Of a stretch of 64,000 nt of DNA, positions 1-11,263 are shown piece after piece. Location: NCBI GenBank assembly GCA_902574725.1, contig CACGPA010000001.1, forward strand, positions 2,946 through 66,945, given 5' to 3'. Position numbers and translations under genes: made by a program. Position 1 is the first letter of the stretch; every line of letters begins with the position of its first letter. The notes beneath the pieces were generated by a model. That model saw only the letters and a program-made list of their open reading frames with translations. It was not told where the DNA came from and searched no databases. The DNA comes from an uncultured Pelagibacteraceae bacterium (GTDB lineage: Bacteria; Pseudomonadota; Alphaproteobacteria; Pelagibacterales; Pelagibacteraceae).

Positions 1-1
1 T

Positions 2-313
2 GTTGAGTTTTTTATTGATAAAAATAATACTTTGTATGTTAATGAGATTGCACCAAGAGTTCATAATTCAGGTCATTTAACAATTAACTCTCATAATATA
101 AGTCAATTTGAAAATCATATAAGAGCAGTCTGTGCATTAGAAAAAGTGGAAACTAAAAAATTATTTAATGCAAAAATGATCAATTTAATTGGTAAAGATA
201 TTTTAAATTACAGAGATAAAAAATTCTCTGAAAACGAATTTTTTTTTGATTATCAAAAAAAAGAAGTTAAGCCTAAAAGAAAAATGGGTCATTTTACAAC
301 ACTTATTAAGTAA
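2..313 (+). CDS. purK: N5-carboxyaminoimidazole ribonucleotide synthase, C-terminal part (5' end lies outside the window)
   Basis: Frame is open from base 2 (VEFFIDKNNTLYVNEIAPRVHNSGH). The NEIAPRVHNSGH, SQFENHIRAV and RKMGHFT motifs are PurK ATP-grasp signatures. Confidence 0.93.
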   Translation, partial: VEFFIDKNNTLYVNEIAPRVHNSGHLTINSHNISQFENHIRAVCALEKVETKKLFNAKMINLIGKDILNYRDKKFSENEFFFDYQKKEVKPKRKMGHFTTLIK

Positions 314-316
314 AAA

Positions 317-1384
317 ATGACTAAAAAAAAAAATAAATTTATAATTTTTTTTATAATATTTTTTGTTTATAAAGCTCCATTATTTACAATGGAAAATAAA
401 CCTTATCATCATTTATCAGATGGGACCTTTAGAAATCCTGAGGGATCGCCAATGAGAGATATGAAGTTTAATTGGAGCTATAAAATATTTAATAAAGAAA
501 AAAAGAAGCTGGATATGAATATTCCAAAAGACCACGTCATAGAAAAAAATAAAGTACTTAAATCATTAGAAGACAATCAAAATAACGATTACATATTCTG
601 GATTGGCCATGCAACATTTTTAATAAAGTTGGGAAATACAACTATTATTACTGATCCAGTTTTTGAAAAAAATATGGGACCTTTAGTATTCGGCCCGAAA
701 AGATTTGTTGATCCAGCAGTAAATTTGGATGAATTACCAAAAATTGATTTATTTCTTTTAACTCATAACCACTATGATCATTTAAGCACTAGAACAATTA
801 AAAGATTCCCATACAAAAAAGCTAAAGTTGCCACTGCATTAAAACTTGGAAAATATTTTACAAAAAATGGTTTTAATGACGTCACGGAGTTAGATTGGTA
901 TGACGAAATAAAAATAAATGATATCAAAATAACATTTGTTCCGGCAGTACACTGGTCAAAAAGAAGTCTTTGGGATACCAACAAAACTTTGTGGGGTAGC
1001 TTTTTAATTGAATACAAGGATAAAAAATTTTTCTTTGCTTGTGACACTGGTTATGGACGAATTTATAAGGAACTTGGCGAAAAATATGGACCTATTGATT
1101 TAACTTTTATAAATATTGGAGCTTATAATTTTTATCCTATGGCTCCTAAAAAAGATAAATCAATTTACCATACCAATCCTGAGGAAGCTCTTAATATAGG
1201 GCAAGATTTAAAAAGTAAAAAAGTTTTAGGAATGCATTGGGGAACAGTTGTTTTATCTTTAGAACCGATCATGGAACCTGGAAAAAGGTTCAAAAATTCC
1301 TCTAACCAATATGGTTACCATTCTGATGATGTAATTATTTTTAAAATTGGACAAATAGAACCGCTAACAAAAATATTAAAATGA
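317..1384 (+). CDS. MBL-fold metallo-hydrolase (NAPE-PLD/RomA-like)
   Basis: WIGHATFLI, TDPVF, THNHYDH (HxHxDH), PAVHWSKR, LWGSF, MHWGT motifs; hydrophobic N-terminus. Confidence 0.85.
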   Translation: MTKKKNKFIIFFIIFFVYKAPLFTMENKPYHHLSDGTFRNPEGSPMRDMKFNWSYKIFNKEKKKLDMNIPKDHVIEKNKVLKSLEDNQNNDYIFWIGHATFLIKLGNTTIITDPVFEKNMGPLVFGPKRFVDPAVNLDELPKIDLFLLTHNHYDHLSTRTIKRFPYKKAKVATALKLGKYFTKNGFNDVTELDWYDEIKINDIKITFVPAVHWSKRSLWDTNKTLWGSFLIEYKDKKFFFACDTGYGRIYKELGEKYGPIDLTFINIGAYNFYPMAPKKDKSIYHTNPEEALNIGQDLKSKKVLGMHWGTVVLSLEPIMEPGKRFKNSSNQYGYHSDDVIIFKIGQIEPLTKILK

Positions 1385-1842
1385 AATCTATAGAAGGAAA
1401 TTTTGATAACCCTGAAGTAGATGAGTTATTAAAAAAACATTTTATCGAATTAAGATCAGTTTCTCCTGAAGGAAGCACGCATGTTCTAGACATAAAAGGT
1501 CTTAAAGACTCATCAATAAAATTTTGGAGTTTATGGGAAAATGATGAGTTAATTGGATGTGGAGCTTTAAAATTTCTAAATAAGGAACATGGTGAATTTA
1601 AATCGATAAGATTAGTTGAAAAATTTAGAAAAAAAGGAAACGGTATTAAAATAATCAAACATCTTATAGATGAGGCTAAAAAACTAAGTATAAAAAAAAT
1701 AAGCTTAGAAACTGGTGCTGGCGAATTCTTTAAGCCTGCTCGAAAATTATTTGTTTTGTGTGGATTTAAAGTTTGTAAATCCTTTGCTCACTACAAAGAA
1801 GATATTAACTCTGTGTATATGAATTTAACTATTGATAATTAG
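1381..1842 (+). CDS. GNAT family N-acetyltransferase (YedL/YsnE-like)
   Basis: GCGALK, GEFKSIR, RKKGNG acetyl-CoA motif and SLETG; 4-nt overlap with the upstream gene. Confidence 0.85.
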   Translation: MKSIEGNFDNPEVDELLKKHFIELRSVSPEGSTHVLDIKGLKDSSIKFWSLWENDELIGCGALKFLNKEHGEFKSIRLVEKFRKKGNGIKIIKHLIDEAKKLSIKKISLETGAGEFFKPARKLFVLCGFKVCKSFAHYKEDINSVYMNLTIDN

Positions 1843-1856
1843 TTCTACTTTATTAA

Positions 1857-2228
1857 TTAAAAAAGTATGAATTGATCTTCTATGTTTAAATTTACCACTT
1901 TCTCAGATTTTTTTTCAGTTTTAGAAGGTAGTAAATTTTCTTTTTTTATTTTTAAAGATTCTTTAACATCGTTAATATTATCTGCAACAATAAGGTTCAA
2001 GTTTCCATCAAACTCATCATTAGGATCAAAAAAATTGGTGACATGTTCCATGGGTGTTTTTCCCGTTGCACTGTGTATAATACTATTAGTGGAGTAAGAT
2101 AAACTAGCTTGATAAACATTTCCTGTAGTTCCTACAGATATAGCTGGTCCTAAAAATGCAGTAGTTTCAATACAACCATTTAAAGTTGTTAAACCAAATA
2201 ACATAAAAAATAATTTTTTAATTTTCAA
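1857..2228 (-). CDS. Hypothetical predicted lipoprotein
   Basis: 123-aa ORF with a signal peptide ending in a lipobox-like LTTLNG-C; TTG start. Confidence 0.6.
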   Translation of the reverse strand: MKIKKLFFMLFGLTTLNGCIETTAFLGPAISVGTTGNVYQASLSYSTNSIIHSATGKTPMEHVTNFFDPNDEFDGNLNLIVADNINDVKESLKIKKENLLPSKTEKKSEKVVNLNIEDQFILF

Positions 2229-2337
2229 AGATTCGCTCCGATGTTTTGGTACAACTAATTAAATTTGAAAACAATAATGTAATTTAATTTACTAACAGTT
2301 TTATTAATTAAACCTATACTCGAATTTAATGAATCAA

Positions 2338-2925
2338 TTAAATATTTTTATAACCAAACTCTAAACAAGCATCAGTTACCGAGTGATATAAAGACTCTCC
2401 AAAACTTCTAAGTGCGAATAGTCTTATTTTTATTGAGTTATCTTCAATCATATCTATTGTGATTGTAATTCCATTAAACACAGAATTTATACAAACATTT
2501 TTCTCAATTTCGTTAAAATTGAATGGACATCCTTTTTTTAATACTTCTATTGAATTTTTGCCCTCTAATTGAATTATTGCCCTTGAATGTGATAAATCGG
2601 TAACAGCAAAATCACTATCTTTAAAATCATTTTTAATATTTTTTAAAATTTCCTTTTTTTCTGAGACTAATAACCAGTTATTAGGTCCAGTCCATAAAAT
2701 TCTTGTATCTTTATTACTAGTTACTTTTAGTGCTTCGCTACTTAAATTAAGTCCGTCAATCTTTATATCTTTTAAAGAAACATTTGATTTTTTATATTGG
2801 ACTACTTGAACTATTAATAAATTCTTTATTTCAGAAATCTTAATTAAATCTTTTTGTTCTTTAGATTCATGTTCTCCAAAAAGTCCTTTTTTGTGAATAT
2901 TTTCTAATGCAGATAATGGTGTCAT
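2338..2925 (-). CDS. soxG: Heterotetrameric sarcosine oxidase / N-methylglutamate dehydrogenase gamma subunit
   Basis: LWTGPNNWLL, TDLSHSRA, VLKKGCPF and RSFGESL motifs; last gene of the soxBDAG order. Confidence 0.85.
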   Translation of the reverse strand: MTPLSALENIHKKGLFGEHESKEQKDLIKISEIKNLLIVQVVQYKKSNVSLKDIKIDGLNLSSEALKVTSNKDTRILWTGPNNWLLVSEKKEILKNIKNDFKDSDFAVTDLSHSRAIIQLEGKNSIEVLKKGCPFNFNEIEKNVCINSVFNGITITIDMIEDNSIKIRLFALRSFGESLYHSVTDACLEFGYKNI

Positions 2926-5918
2926 GATCTTACTCTTTCTCCTTTCGGATCCACATAATGTGATGAAACAATTTCTACTGGTATTGATTTATTTTTTACT
3001 GGACATAAAGCAAATAATTTTTTTCCTATCATATTTTTTCCATCCTTAAGAATAGCAAGTGAAAATGGGTTATTATATTCAACACTCCAACATGAAGCAG
3101 AAATATGACCTAGTTTTGGATTTGGTAGTTTTGCATTTGCATCTTTTACTAAATGAGATCCTTCTGGAATACTTGTTTTTTTATCAAGTGGAACAACACC
3201 AACTACTTTTTGTCTATCTTGTGCTATAAATGCTTTTCTATTTAAAGATCTTTTTCCAATAAAATCTTTCTTTTTACTAACCAATCCATCTAAACCATTA
3301 TCATAGGGAATTGTTCTACCGTCTAATTCTGATCCCGCAACATGTCCCATTTCTATTCTTAATGTTGATAAAGCTTCAGTCCCATATGGTTGAATCGCAA
3401 ACTCTTTACCTATTTCAATTATTTTTTCCCACATAAAATTCCCATTATCAGACTCAACATTTACTTCATAAGCAAGTTCTCCCGAAAACGAAATTCTAAA
3501 AATTCTTGCTGGAATACCGAATAGATTGCTTTCTAAATATCCCATAAATGGTAAACCTTCCTTCGAAACATCTGTATCAGGAAATAATTTTTGTAATAAA
3601 TTTCTTGATTTTGGTCCAGCTATAGCTGCTCCAGCCCACTGTTCAGTAGTTGACACAACATTTACATTTAATTCTGGCCAAACTATTTGTAAATAATATT
3701 CCAAGTGAGATAAAACATTTGCAGCTTGCGCAGTAGTAGTAGTCATGTGGTAGTGATATTCTGAAATTCTTGTTGTTGTTCCATCATCCATTACTATTCC
3801 ATCTTCTCTTAGCATAACTCCGTACCTTGCTTTTCCAACGGGTAACTTCAGCCAAGCATTTGTATAAACTCTATTTAAAAATTCTGCTGCATCAGGACCT
3901 TTTACATCAATTTTTCCCAATGTAGTCACATCACACACTCCAACATTTTTTCTTACATTTTCAGCTTCTCTTTTTGAAGCTTCAAATAAACCTTCATTGC
4001 CCTGTTTATAATATCTTGGCCTTAACCAAATACCAGCATCAACAAAAACAGCATTATGTTTTTCGTGCCATGAATGCATTGGTGATTTTCTTGTTGGTTT
4101 AGAATGTTTACCAATCTCTCTTCCAACAATTGCACCTATAGAAACAGGAGTGAAAGGTGGTCTAAATGTTGTATGTCCTACAGAAGGAACTATTTTATTT
4201 TCAATACTTGAAACAAGTTGCAATCCATTAAGATTGCTTGTTTTTCCTTGGTCAGTTGCCATTCCTAATGTTGTATATCTTTTTACATGTTCTATTGATC
4301 TGTATCCTTCTCTAAGAGCAAGCTCTACATCAGCAACTGATACATCATTTTGAAAATCTAAAAATCTTTTATAATTTTTTTCTTTTGGAAGTGGAACACA
4401 CCAAAATTTATCATGTTGTGTAAATTTTTTTTCAGAAACTTTGGGAACTGAAATTTTATTATCCTTATTTGTTAGTTTTTTTGATATTTCGTGACCTTTT
4501 TCAAAAGCTGTTGTTAAAGTTTTTTCTAAAGAAAATATCCCATTAGCAGAACCAACTGTTGTTTCATTTTGTTTTGATTTACCTGGAACAAAAGCATCTA
4601 TTTCTTCATTAAATTTGGTTTTATTACCTGATTGAGAAGTTAAATGTATTGTTGGAGTCCAAAATCCTGAAACACATATACAGTCACAAGTAATATTTTC
4701 GATTTTACCTAAGTCTTTTTTATTTTCTGAAATATTTGCTATCTCAGCAGAGTTTACTTTTTTATAACCTTTCGCTGCAACTACCACATGAGAAAATTTT
4801 ATTTCGATACCCATATTTTTTGCTTCACTAATTAATTCGGAATCTGGATTTTCTCTTGTGTCTAATATTATTGGATTAATATTATTTTTTTTAAATTCAA
4901 TTGCAGTTTCATATGCACTATCATTGTTTGTAAATATTAATGGTTTTTTACCAACTAAAACTCCATAAACTTTTAAATATTCCTTAGCTGCAGACGCTAA
5001 AACCACTCCTGGTGTATCGTTATTTCCAAAAACAATTGGTCTTTCTATTGAACCTGATGAAATTATTACTTCTTTTGCTCTAATGTACCAAAGTCTTTGT
5101 TTTGGAGTATATTTTTTTGATTTTGGTAAATGATCACTTAATCTTTCTGACATCACAAGCATATTGTGATCATAGTAACCAAATACTTGAGCTCTATTTT
5201 TAACTATCACATTAGGCATTTCTTTAAGCTCAACTATTATTTTGTCTGCCCAATCTTTTCCATTTTGATTTCCAATGTTCACTTCACTAGTTAACAAACT
5301 TCCACCAAATCTTGGTTTATCTTCAGCTAAAATTACTCTTGCGCCATTTTTTGCTGCAGAGTATGCACTTGCTAAACCAGAAGGACCTGAGCCTGTAATT
5401 AATAAGTCGCAATATTCATATTTATGTTCATATCTTTCATTGTCATGCTTTGTAGATGCAACTCCAAATCCAGCTGCCTTTCTAATAAATGGCTCATAAA
5501 TTTTGTACCAAAAGCTCTTTGGCCACATAAAAGTTTTGTAATAGAAGCCTGCTGGGAAAAATTTGTTTAAAAAATTATTTATTGCTCCAATATCAAAATT
5601 TACACTTGGCCAACAATTTACACTTTTTGCTTCTAATCCTTCAAAAAGTTCCTGTTCAGTTGCTCTAACATTTGGCTCTGTTTCGTTATTTCTATATAAC
5701 TGAACTATGGCATAGGGTTCATCAACTCCTGCTCCAAAAAAACCTCTTGGTCTATGATACTTAAAACTTCTTCCAATAAGATGAACACCATTTGCAATTA
5801 ATGCAGAAGCAAGTGTATCTCCTTCATAGCCAAAATATTTTTTCCCATTAAATTTAAAAGAAATTTTTTTATTTCTATTAATTAAACCTATTTTATCTAA
5901 TCTAAATTCTTGTGACAT
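2922..5918 (-). CDS. soxA: Sarcosine oxidase / N-methylglutamate dehydrogenase alpha subunit
   Basis: GDTLASAL..NG, GRSFKYHRPRG, GSGPSG, KRYTTLGMATDQGKTSN and a C-terminal GcvT-like THF domain (DVTTLGKI, RISFSGELAYE). Confidence 0.93.
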   Translation of the reverse strand: MSQEFRLDKIGLINRNKKISFKFNGKKYFGYEGDTLASALIANGVHLIGRSFKYHRPRGFFGAGVDEPYAIVQLYRNNETEPNVRATEQELFEGLEAKSVNCWPSVNFDIGAINNFLNKFFPAGFYYKTFMWPKSFWYKIYEPFIRKAAGFGVASTKHDNERYEHKYEYCDLLITGSGPSGLASAYSAAKNGARVILAEDKPRFGGSLLTSEVNIGNQNGKDWADKIIVELKEMPNVIVKNRAQVFGYYDHNMLVMSERLSDHLPKSKKYTPKQRLWYIRAKEVIISSGSIERPIVFGNNDTPGVVLASAAKEYLKVYGVLVGKKPLIFTNNDSAYETAIEFKKNNINPIILDTRENPDSELISEAKNMGIEIKFSHVVVAAKGYKKVNSAEIANISENKKDLGKIENITCDCICVSGFWTPTIHLTSQSGNKTKFNEEIDAFVPGKSKQNETTVGSANGIFSLEKTLTTAFEKGHEISKKLTNKDNKISVPKVSEKKFTQHDKFWCVPLPKEKNYKRFLDFQNDVSVADVELALREGYRSIEHVKRYTTLGMATDQGKTSNLNGLQLVSSIENKIVPSVGHTTFRPPFTPVSIGAIVGREIGKHSKPTRKSPMHSWHEKHNAVFVDAGIWLRPRYYKQGNEGLFEASKREAENVRKNVGVCDVTTLGKIDVKGPDAAEFLNRVYTNAWLKLPVGKARYGVMLREDGIVMDDGTTTRISEYHYHMTTTTAQAANVLSHLEYYLQIVWPELNVNVVSTTEQWAGAAIAGPKSRNLLQKLFPDTDVSKEGLPFMGYLESNLFGIPARIFRISFSGELAYEVNVESDNGNFMWEKIIEIGKEFAIQPYGTEALSTLRIEMGHVAGSELDGRTIPYDNGLDGLVSKKKDFIGKRSLNRKAFIAQDRQKVVGVVPLDKKTSIPEGSHLVKDANAKLPNPKLGHISASCWSVEYNNPFSLAILKDGKNMIGKKLFALCPVKNKSIPVEIVSSHYVDPKGERVRS

Positions 5919-5920
5919 AA

Positions 5921-6187
5921 CTAAATATCTTCATTAGCCTTTGATGTTTTAAAAATTTCGTGTGTTGCTGTATCTCTTTCGACTTTAATCCATTGTCTAC
6001 ATCCTGAAATATGATGCCAAAGCTCTATATGTTTTCCTCTTGGACTTTTTCTTAAATATACAAAAGTATCCCACTCCTTATCTGGTACTTCTTTATTTAA
6101 CTCAGGCCTTTTAACTGTTCCATCTCCACCATATGAAAATTCATTTTGTGATCTTAATCCGCAATGTGGACATTTAATATGTAGCAT
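5921..6187 (-). CDS. soxD: Sarcosine oxidase delta subunit
   Basis: CPHCG...EF.YGG...WHH..GCRQW...RDT.THE zinc-binding pattern. Confidence 0.92.
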   Translation of the reverse strand: MLHIKCPHCGLRSQNEFSYGGDGTVKRPELNKEVPDKEWDTFVYLRKSPRGKHIELWHHISGCRQWIKVERDTATHEIFKTSKANEDI

Positions 6188-7444
6188 TTATGAAATCCAA
6201 GTTTTTGTACCAAGGCCTTTTTCATCAATTAGATGACCAGTATTAAATCTATTTAAACTAAATCCAGAATTTAATTCATGAACTCTATCTTGGGCTATTG
6301 TGTGAGCAAAAGTCCAACCAGAGACAGGTGTTGCTTTAAAACCTCCGTAACACCAACCACAATTTAAATATAAACCTCCAATATGAGTTTTATCTATTAT
6401 TGGAGAGCCATCCATTGACATATCCATGATACCTCCCCAAGTTCTTAACATTTTAAGTTTACTTAGAAATGGAAGCATTGCGATTCCTTCAGTCAAAACA
6501 TGTTGTAAAGTTGGTAGATTACCTCTTTGAGCATAACTATTGTATCCATCCAAATCTCCCCCCATTACCATTTCTCCTTTGTCTGATTGACTACAATAGA
6601 AATGTCCAGCACCAAAAGTAACAACATGATCTAATATTGGTTTAATTGGTTCTGAAACACATGCTTGTAACAAGTGAGTTTCTATTGGCAACGTTATGTT
6701 TAGCATGTCAGCAAGAATGGATGTGCTTCCTGCCACACATAATCCTATTTTTTTTGCTTTAATATTTCCTCTTGATGTTTTAATTCCTTTTATTTTTCCA
6801 TTAACCACATCAAATCCATTTACTTCACAGTGTTGAATAATATCTACACCCATTGAGTCTGCTTGTCGTGCATAACCCCAAGCAACAGCATCATGTCTAG
6901 CAGTTCCTCCACTTGGTTGCATTAAAGCACCAAAAATTGGAAATCTTACATTTTCAGAAAAATCTAACACTGGAACTAATTTTTTTACTTCTTCTCTTCC
7001 TAAAAGCACAGCATCAATTCCATTTAATTTCATAGAATTTCCTCTTCTTGCATAAGCATTCATTTGTGCATCTGAATGAGCAAGGTTAATTATTCCTCTT
7101 GGGGAATACATCACATTAAAATTTAGATCCTGACTCATGCTTTTCCATAAATCCATACCTTTTTCATAGAACATGCCATTCTCATCGTGCATATAATTTG
7201 ATCTAAGAATTGTTGTATTTCTCCCAACATTTCCTCCTCCTATCCATCCTTTTTCAACGATGGCGACATTTCTAATATTGTGTTCTTTAGCAAGATAGTA
7301 AGCGGTAGCCAAACCATGGCCACCACCGCCTATAATTATAACGTCATACTCAGCCTTTGGGGTTGGATCTTTCCAAGCTACTTCCCAATCTTTATGGCCT
7401 TTGAAAGCATTTTTTATAAGGCTGAAAACAGAATATTTTTGCAT
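6188..7444 (-). CDS. soxB: Sarcosine oxidase / N-methylglutamate dehydrogenase beta subunit
   Basis: GGGGHGLATAYYLA, GGGNVGRNTTILRSNY, GTARHDAVAWGYAR, GWCYGGFKATP. Confidence 0.93.
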   Translation of the reverse strand: MQKYSVFSLIKNAFKGHKDWEVAWKDPTPKAEYDVIIIGGGGHGLATAYYLAKEHNIRNVAIVEKGWIGGGNVGRNTTILRSNYMHDENGMFYEKGMDLWKSMSQDLNFNVMYSPRGIINLAHSDAQMNAYARRGNSMKLNGIDAVLLGREEVKKLVPVLDFSENVRFPIFGALMQPSGGTARHDAVAWGYARQADSMGVDIIQHCEVNGFDVVNGKIKGIKTSRGNIKAKKIGLCVAGSTSILADMLNITLPIETHLLQACVSEPIKPILDHVVTFGAGHFYCSQSDKGEMVMGGDLDGYNSYAQRGNLPTLQHVLTEGIAMLPFLSKLKMLRTWGGIMDMSMDGSPIIDKTHIGGLYLNCGWCYGGFKATPVSGWTFAHTIAQDRVHELNSGFSLNRFNTGHLIDEKGLGTKTWIS

Positions 7445-7538
7445 ATTATATTTTGTTAAGTGTAATTTATTTCTTTAAAAATTAAATAATAAAGTATAGA
7501 AATCTCAACCATAATTACAAACTTTAATAAGATTGAAA

Positions 7539-9227
7539 ATGGGCGCAGTTAAATCTGATATTGAGATAGCTAGAAAAGCGAAAATGCGTCCTATTAAGGA
7601 TATTTTAGCTAAAATTAAAGTACCAGACACAAATAAAGCTTACAGTCCTATGGGACGTCATATTGCAAAAATCAATTTAAAATACCTTGAAACTATAAAA
7701 AGTAAAAAAGATGGTCACTTAATTTTAGTAACTGCAATAACTCCAACTCCAGCGGGTGAAGGTAAGACTACAGTATCTGTTGGTTTAAGTGATGGTTTAA
7801 ATAAAATTGGAAAAAAATCGATAGTTTGTTTGAGAGAGCCAAGTCTTGGTCCTTCTTTTGGTATGAAAGGTGGTGCAGCAGGCGGTGGTTATTCTCAAGT
7901 TGTTCCAATGGAACAAATAAATTTACATTTTACTGGTGATTTTCATGCAATAACTTCAGCTCACAATCTTTTATCTGCATTAATAGATAATCATATTTAT
8001 TGGGGCAATAAACTTGACATCGATGATAAAAAAATTGTTTGGAAAAGAGTTATGGATATGAATGATCGTGCTTTAAGGGCAATAAATATAAATACAAAAG
8101 GTGCGTCTAAAAATTTTCCAAGAGAAGATGGTTTTGACATTACGGTAGCTTCTGAAGTTATGGCTATATTTTGTTTATCCAATAATTTAAAAGACCTTGA
8201 AAAAAAAATTGGAAATATAACTATTGCTTACAAAAAGGACGGAAAACCAGTTTATGCGAAAGATTTAAATGCTCAAGGTCCTATGACAGTATTATTAAAA
8301 GAAGCAATAAGACCAAATGTAACTCAAACTTTAGAAAATAATCCAGCTTTTATTCATGGAGGTCCTTTTGCAAATATAGCTCACGGATGTAATTCAGTTA
8401 TAGCAACTAAATCAGCTTTAAAACTATCAGACTACGTAGTAACTGAAGCTGGTTTTGGTGCAGATCTTGGTGCGGAAAAATTTTTAGATATTAAATGTAG
8501 AAAAGCAAATCTAATACCAAGTTGTGTTGTGATAGTTGCTACAGTTAGAGCTTTAAAAATGCACGGTGGTGTTGAAAAGGAAGATTTAAAAAAAGAAAAT
8601 ATACAAGCCGTAAAAAAAGGATTAGTTAATCTTGAAAGACATATAAATAATATCAAAAAATTTGGAATAAACCCTGTTGTTGCTATAAATCATTTTGTTT
8701 TAGATACAAAAGCTGAAATTAAAATTATATCTAATTTTTGTAAAAAGTTGAATGTAGAAGTCAGTGAATGTACTCATTGGGCAAATGGTGGAAAAGGCAC
8801 AAAAGATTTAGCCAAAAAAGTTGTAGAAATATGTAAAAAATCGAAAAAAAATAATTTTAAATTTTTATATAATGAAAAAGAAACTTTGTGGAATAAAATA
8901 GAAACAATAGCTAAAGAAATTTATAAAGCCAGCAAAATTACAGCAGATGAAAAAGTTAAAGAAGAACTGATAAAATTTGAAAAAAATGGTTATGGAAAAT
9001 TACCAGTTTGTATAGCAAAAACTCAGTACAGTTTTTCGATTGATCCAAAGCTCAAAGGAGCGCCTTCGGGTCATGAAATTCCAATTAGAGAAGTAAGACT
9101 CTCTTCTGGATCTGAATTTATAGTTGTTATTTGTGGATCAATCATGACTATGCCGGGTTTACCAAGAGTTCCTGCTGCAGATTCTATTAAAATAAATAAT
9201 AAGGGTGAGATTGACGGGTTATTTTAA
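7539..9227 (+). CDS. fhs: Formate--tetrahydrofolate ligase
   Basis: [56 protein letters not shown] at 7539 (the ORF track starts at TTG 7533). Confidence 0.96.
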   Translation: MGAVKSDIEIARKAKMRPIKDILAKIKVPDTNKAYSPMGRHIAKINLKYLETIKSKKDGHLILVTAITPTPAGEGKTTVSVGLSDGLNKIGKKSIVCLREPSLGPSFGMKGGAAGGGYSQVVPMEQINLHFTGDFHAITSAHNLLSALIDNHIYWGNKLDIDDKKIVWKRVMDMNDRALRAININTKGASKNFPREDGFDITVASEVMAIFCLSNNLKDLEKKIGNITIAYKKDGKPVYAKDLNAQGPMTVLLKEAIRPNVTQTLENNPAFIHGGPFANIAHGCNSVIATKSALKLSDYVVTEAGFGADLGAEKFLDIKCRKANLIPSCVVIVATVRALKMHGGVEKEDLKKENIQAVKKGLVNLERHINNIKKFGINPVVAINHFVLDTKAEIKIISNFCKKLNVEVSECTHWANGGKGTKDLAKKVVEICKKSKKNNFKFLYNEKETLWNKIETIAKEIYKASKITADEKVKEELIKFEKNGYGKLPVCIAKTQYSFSIDPKLKGAPSGHEIPIREVRLSSGSEFIVVICGSIMTMPGLPRVPAADSIKINNKGEIDGLF

Positions 9228-10028
9228 TTAAGCAGCAGATTTTAAATAATTTAACCAATTTTTTAACTCTAACATTCTAGAATCTTTTTCTGAAACTTTA
9301 ATTTCTTCTTCAATAAAATTTATGTGATCTTGTATTTCCTTTTCATCTTTAAAACATTTTCTTACATTTATTAATCTATCTTTTCTAAATTTAATTAAAG
9401 TAATCATTTTATGATATGTGATTTCTGGGTGATACTGCAAACCCCACACGTCACTTATTCCGGATTTAAAGTGAATACTTTGTATTTTGTTGATTTTATT
9501 TGATGCCAAATGGTTTGCTCCTTTTGGTAAAGTAACTACTTCATCAAAATTAAAAGCTGGTGAATTAAATTTTTTATTTTTTGATTTATACAATGGATGA
9601 TTTAAACCATTTTCATTAATTTCAATATCTTTAGCTATACCGATATGAGCACCATTGGATGATTTTTTAACTTCACCACCTGCTGCTGTAACCGCAACTT
9701 GCATTCCCCAGCATATTGCTAGGATATTTTTAATATTTTTAAAACATTCTCTCATAAAAGAAATTTGTCTTCGGATTTCAATACAATCATTGTAAATATT
9801 TAAGCTGCTACCTCCCCAAATTAATCCCTGATATTTTTTAATATTAGGTAATATTTTATCAAAACTTTTTTCTGCACATGGGTTAAACACGTCAATGTTT
9901 AGATCGTTAGTGTAATATGAAAGACTTTCTTTTAAACTTTCTGCATGAGTTGGAATTCCTGAATTTTTAAAATTTTCATTCTCCTTTTGCAAATTTCCTT
10001 CGACAACTAATAAATTTAAATTCTTCAT
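9228..10028 (-). CDS. Class I glutamine amidotransferase-like protein (possible gamma-glutamyl hydrolase)
   Basis: Catalytic triad motifs ICWGMQ (Cys) and LQYHPE (His-x-Glu); standalone, with no synthase domain. Confidence 0.85.
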   Translation of the reverse strand: MKNLNLLVVEGNLQKENENFKNSGIPTHAESLKESLSYYTNDLNIDVFNPCAEKSFDKILPNIKKYQGLIWGGSSLNIYNDCIEIRRQISFMRECFKNIKNILAICWGMQVAVTAAGGEVKKSSNGAHIGIAKDIEINENGLNHPLYKSKNKKFNSPAFNFDEVVTLPKGANHLASNKINKIQSIHFKSGISDVWGLQYHPEITYHKMITLIKFRKDRLINVRKCFKDEKEIQDHINFIEEEIKVSEKDSRMLELKNWLNYLKSAA

Positions 10029-11185
10029 TAAAATAATTTCCCAGATATACTATGTTCGTATAAAATTTTCATATCGTCAATCGTCATTTTCTTCGGATTA
10101 GTGGCTGTAGATGGGTCTTCTAGAGCCATTTTTGATAATTTATCTAAATTAATTTTTTTTACATCGATAACTTCTGAAAGTTTATGTGGAATATTAAGTT
10201 CCTTTCTTAAGTCTAAGATCCAGTTTAAAAAACTTTGAAAGTTTTTTTCTAAATTAAGATAATCACAAATTGAAATAATTCTATCTTCTATTAAAGCTTT
10301 ATTAAAAGTCAGAACATAAGGCATAAAAATTGCATTTGATAAACCATGATGAACATTAAATTGTGCATTTACAGGATGACTTAAAGAATGAATTGCACCT
10401 AAACCTTTTTGAAAAGCTGTTGATCCCATGCTTGCTGCTGCTAATAAATCTGCTCTTGCCTCTAAATCTTTTCCATTATTTACAGCTTTTATTAATGATT
10501 TTTTTATCAATTTCATTCCTTCGATAGCTATACCGTCTGCCATTGGATGAAAACCGGGTGCACAAAAAGCTTCCAAGTTATGTGCTAAAGCATCCATTCC
10601 TGTAGCAGCTGTTAATCTTGGAGATAAGTCAACTGTCAAAACTGGATCTAAAATAACAACTGAAGGCAAAAATTTTGGGTGAAAAATAATTTTTTTTATT
10701 CCTGTTTTATTGTTAATAATTGCTGAAGCACGTCCAGTTTCCGATCCGGTACCAGCTGTAGTAGGAACAGCAATAATTGGGGCAATATTTTTTTCATTTG
10801 CTCTTTTCCAGTAATCTCCTATATCTTCAAAATCCCATATAGGTCTAGACTGTGCCGACATAAAAGCTATAGCTTTACCAACATCTAACCCACTGCCTCC
10901 TCCAAAAGCAATAACTCCATCACATTTATTTTTTTTAAATTCTAAAACTCCTTCTTCTACATTTTCTCCTATAGGGTTTCCCGAAAAATTTGAAAAAATA
11001 GCTAAATTAGTAAATTTTTTTTTAACCTCTAAAATAATAGTTTTAGTCATTTCAAGATTTATAAGATCTTTATCTGTTACAAATAATGGGCTTGAAATTT
11101 TCAAATTTTTACAGGCCTCTGATAAATCTTTAATTCTATCTTCTCCTACCCATACAGAAGTGGGGTAATTCCAATTAGTTTTCAT
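10028..11185 (-). CDS. Iron-containing alcohol dehydrogenase
   Basis: GGGSGLD, PTTAGTGSE, TGMDALAHNLE, GAIHSLSH, HHGLSNA motifs. Confidence 0.92.
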   Translation of the reverse strand: MKTNWNYPTSVWVGEDRIKDLSEACKNLKISSPLFVTDKDLINLEMTKTIILEVKKKFTNLAIFSNFSGNPIGENVEEGVLEFKKNKCDGVIAFGGGSGLDVGKAIAFMSAQSRPIWDFEDIGDYWKRANEKNIAPIIAVPTTAGTGSETGRASAIINNKTGIKKIIFHPKFLPSVVILDPVLTVDLSPRLTAATGMDALAHNLEAFCAPGFHPMADGIAIEGMKLIKKSLIKAVNNGKDLEARADLLAAASMGSTAFQKGLGAIHSLSHPVNAQFNVHHGLSNAIFMPYVLTFNKALIEDRIISICDYLNLEKNFQSFLNWILDLRKELNIPHKLSEVIDVKKINLDKLSKMALEDPSTATNPKKMTIDDMKILYEHSISGKLF

Positions 11186-11263
11186 AATAAAATATTATTG
11201 TAATTTTTACTTTTTTGTTAGTAAAATACATTTATAAATTTGTGTTTAAATGAGGAAAATTCA

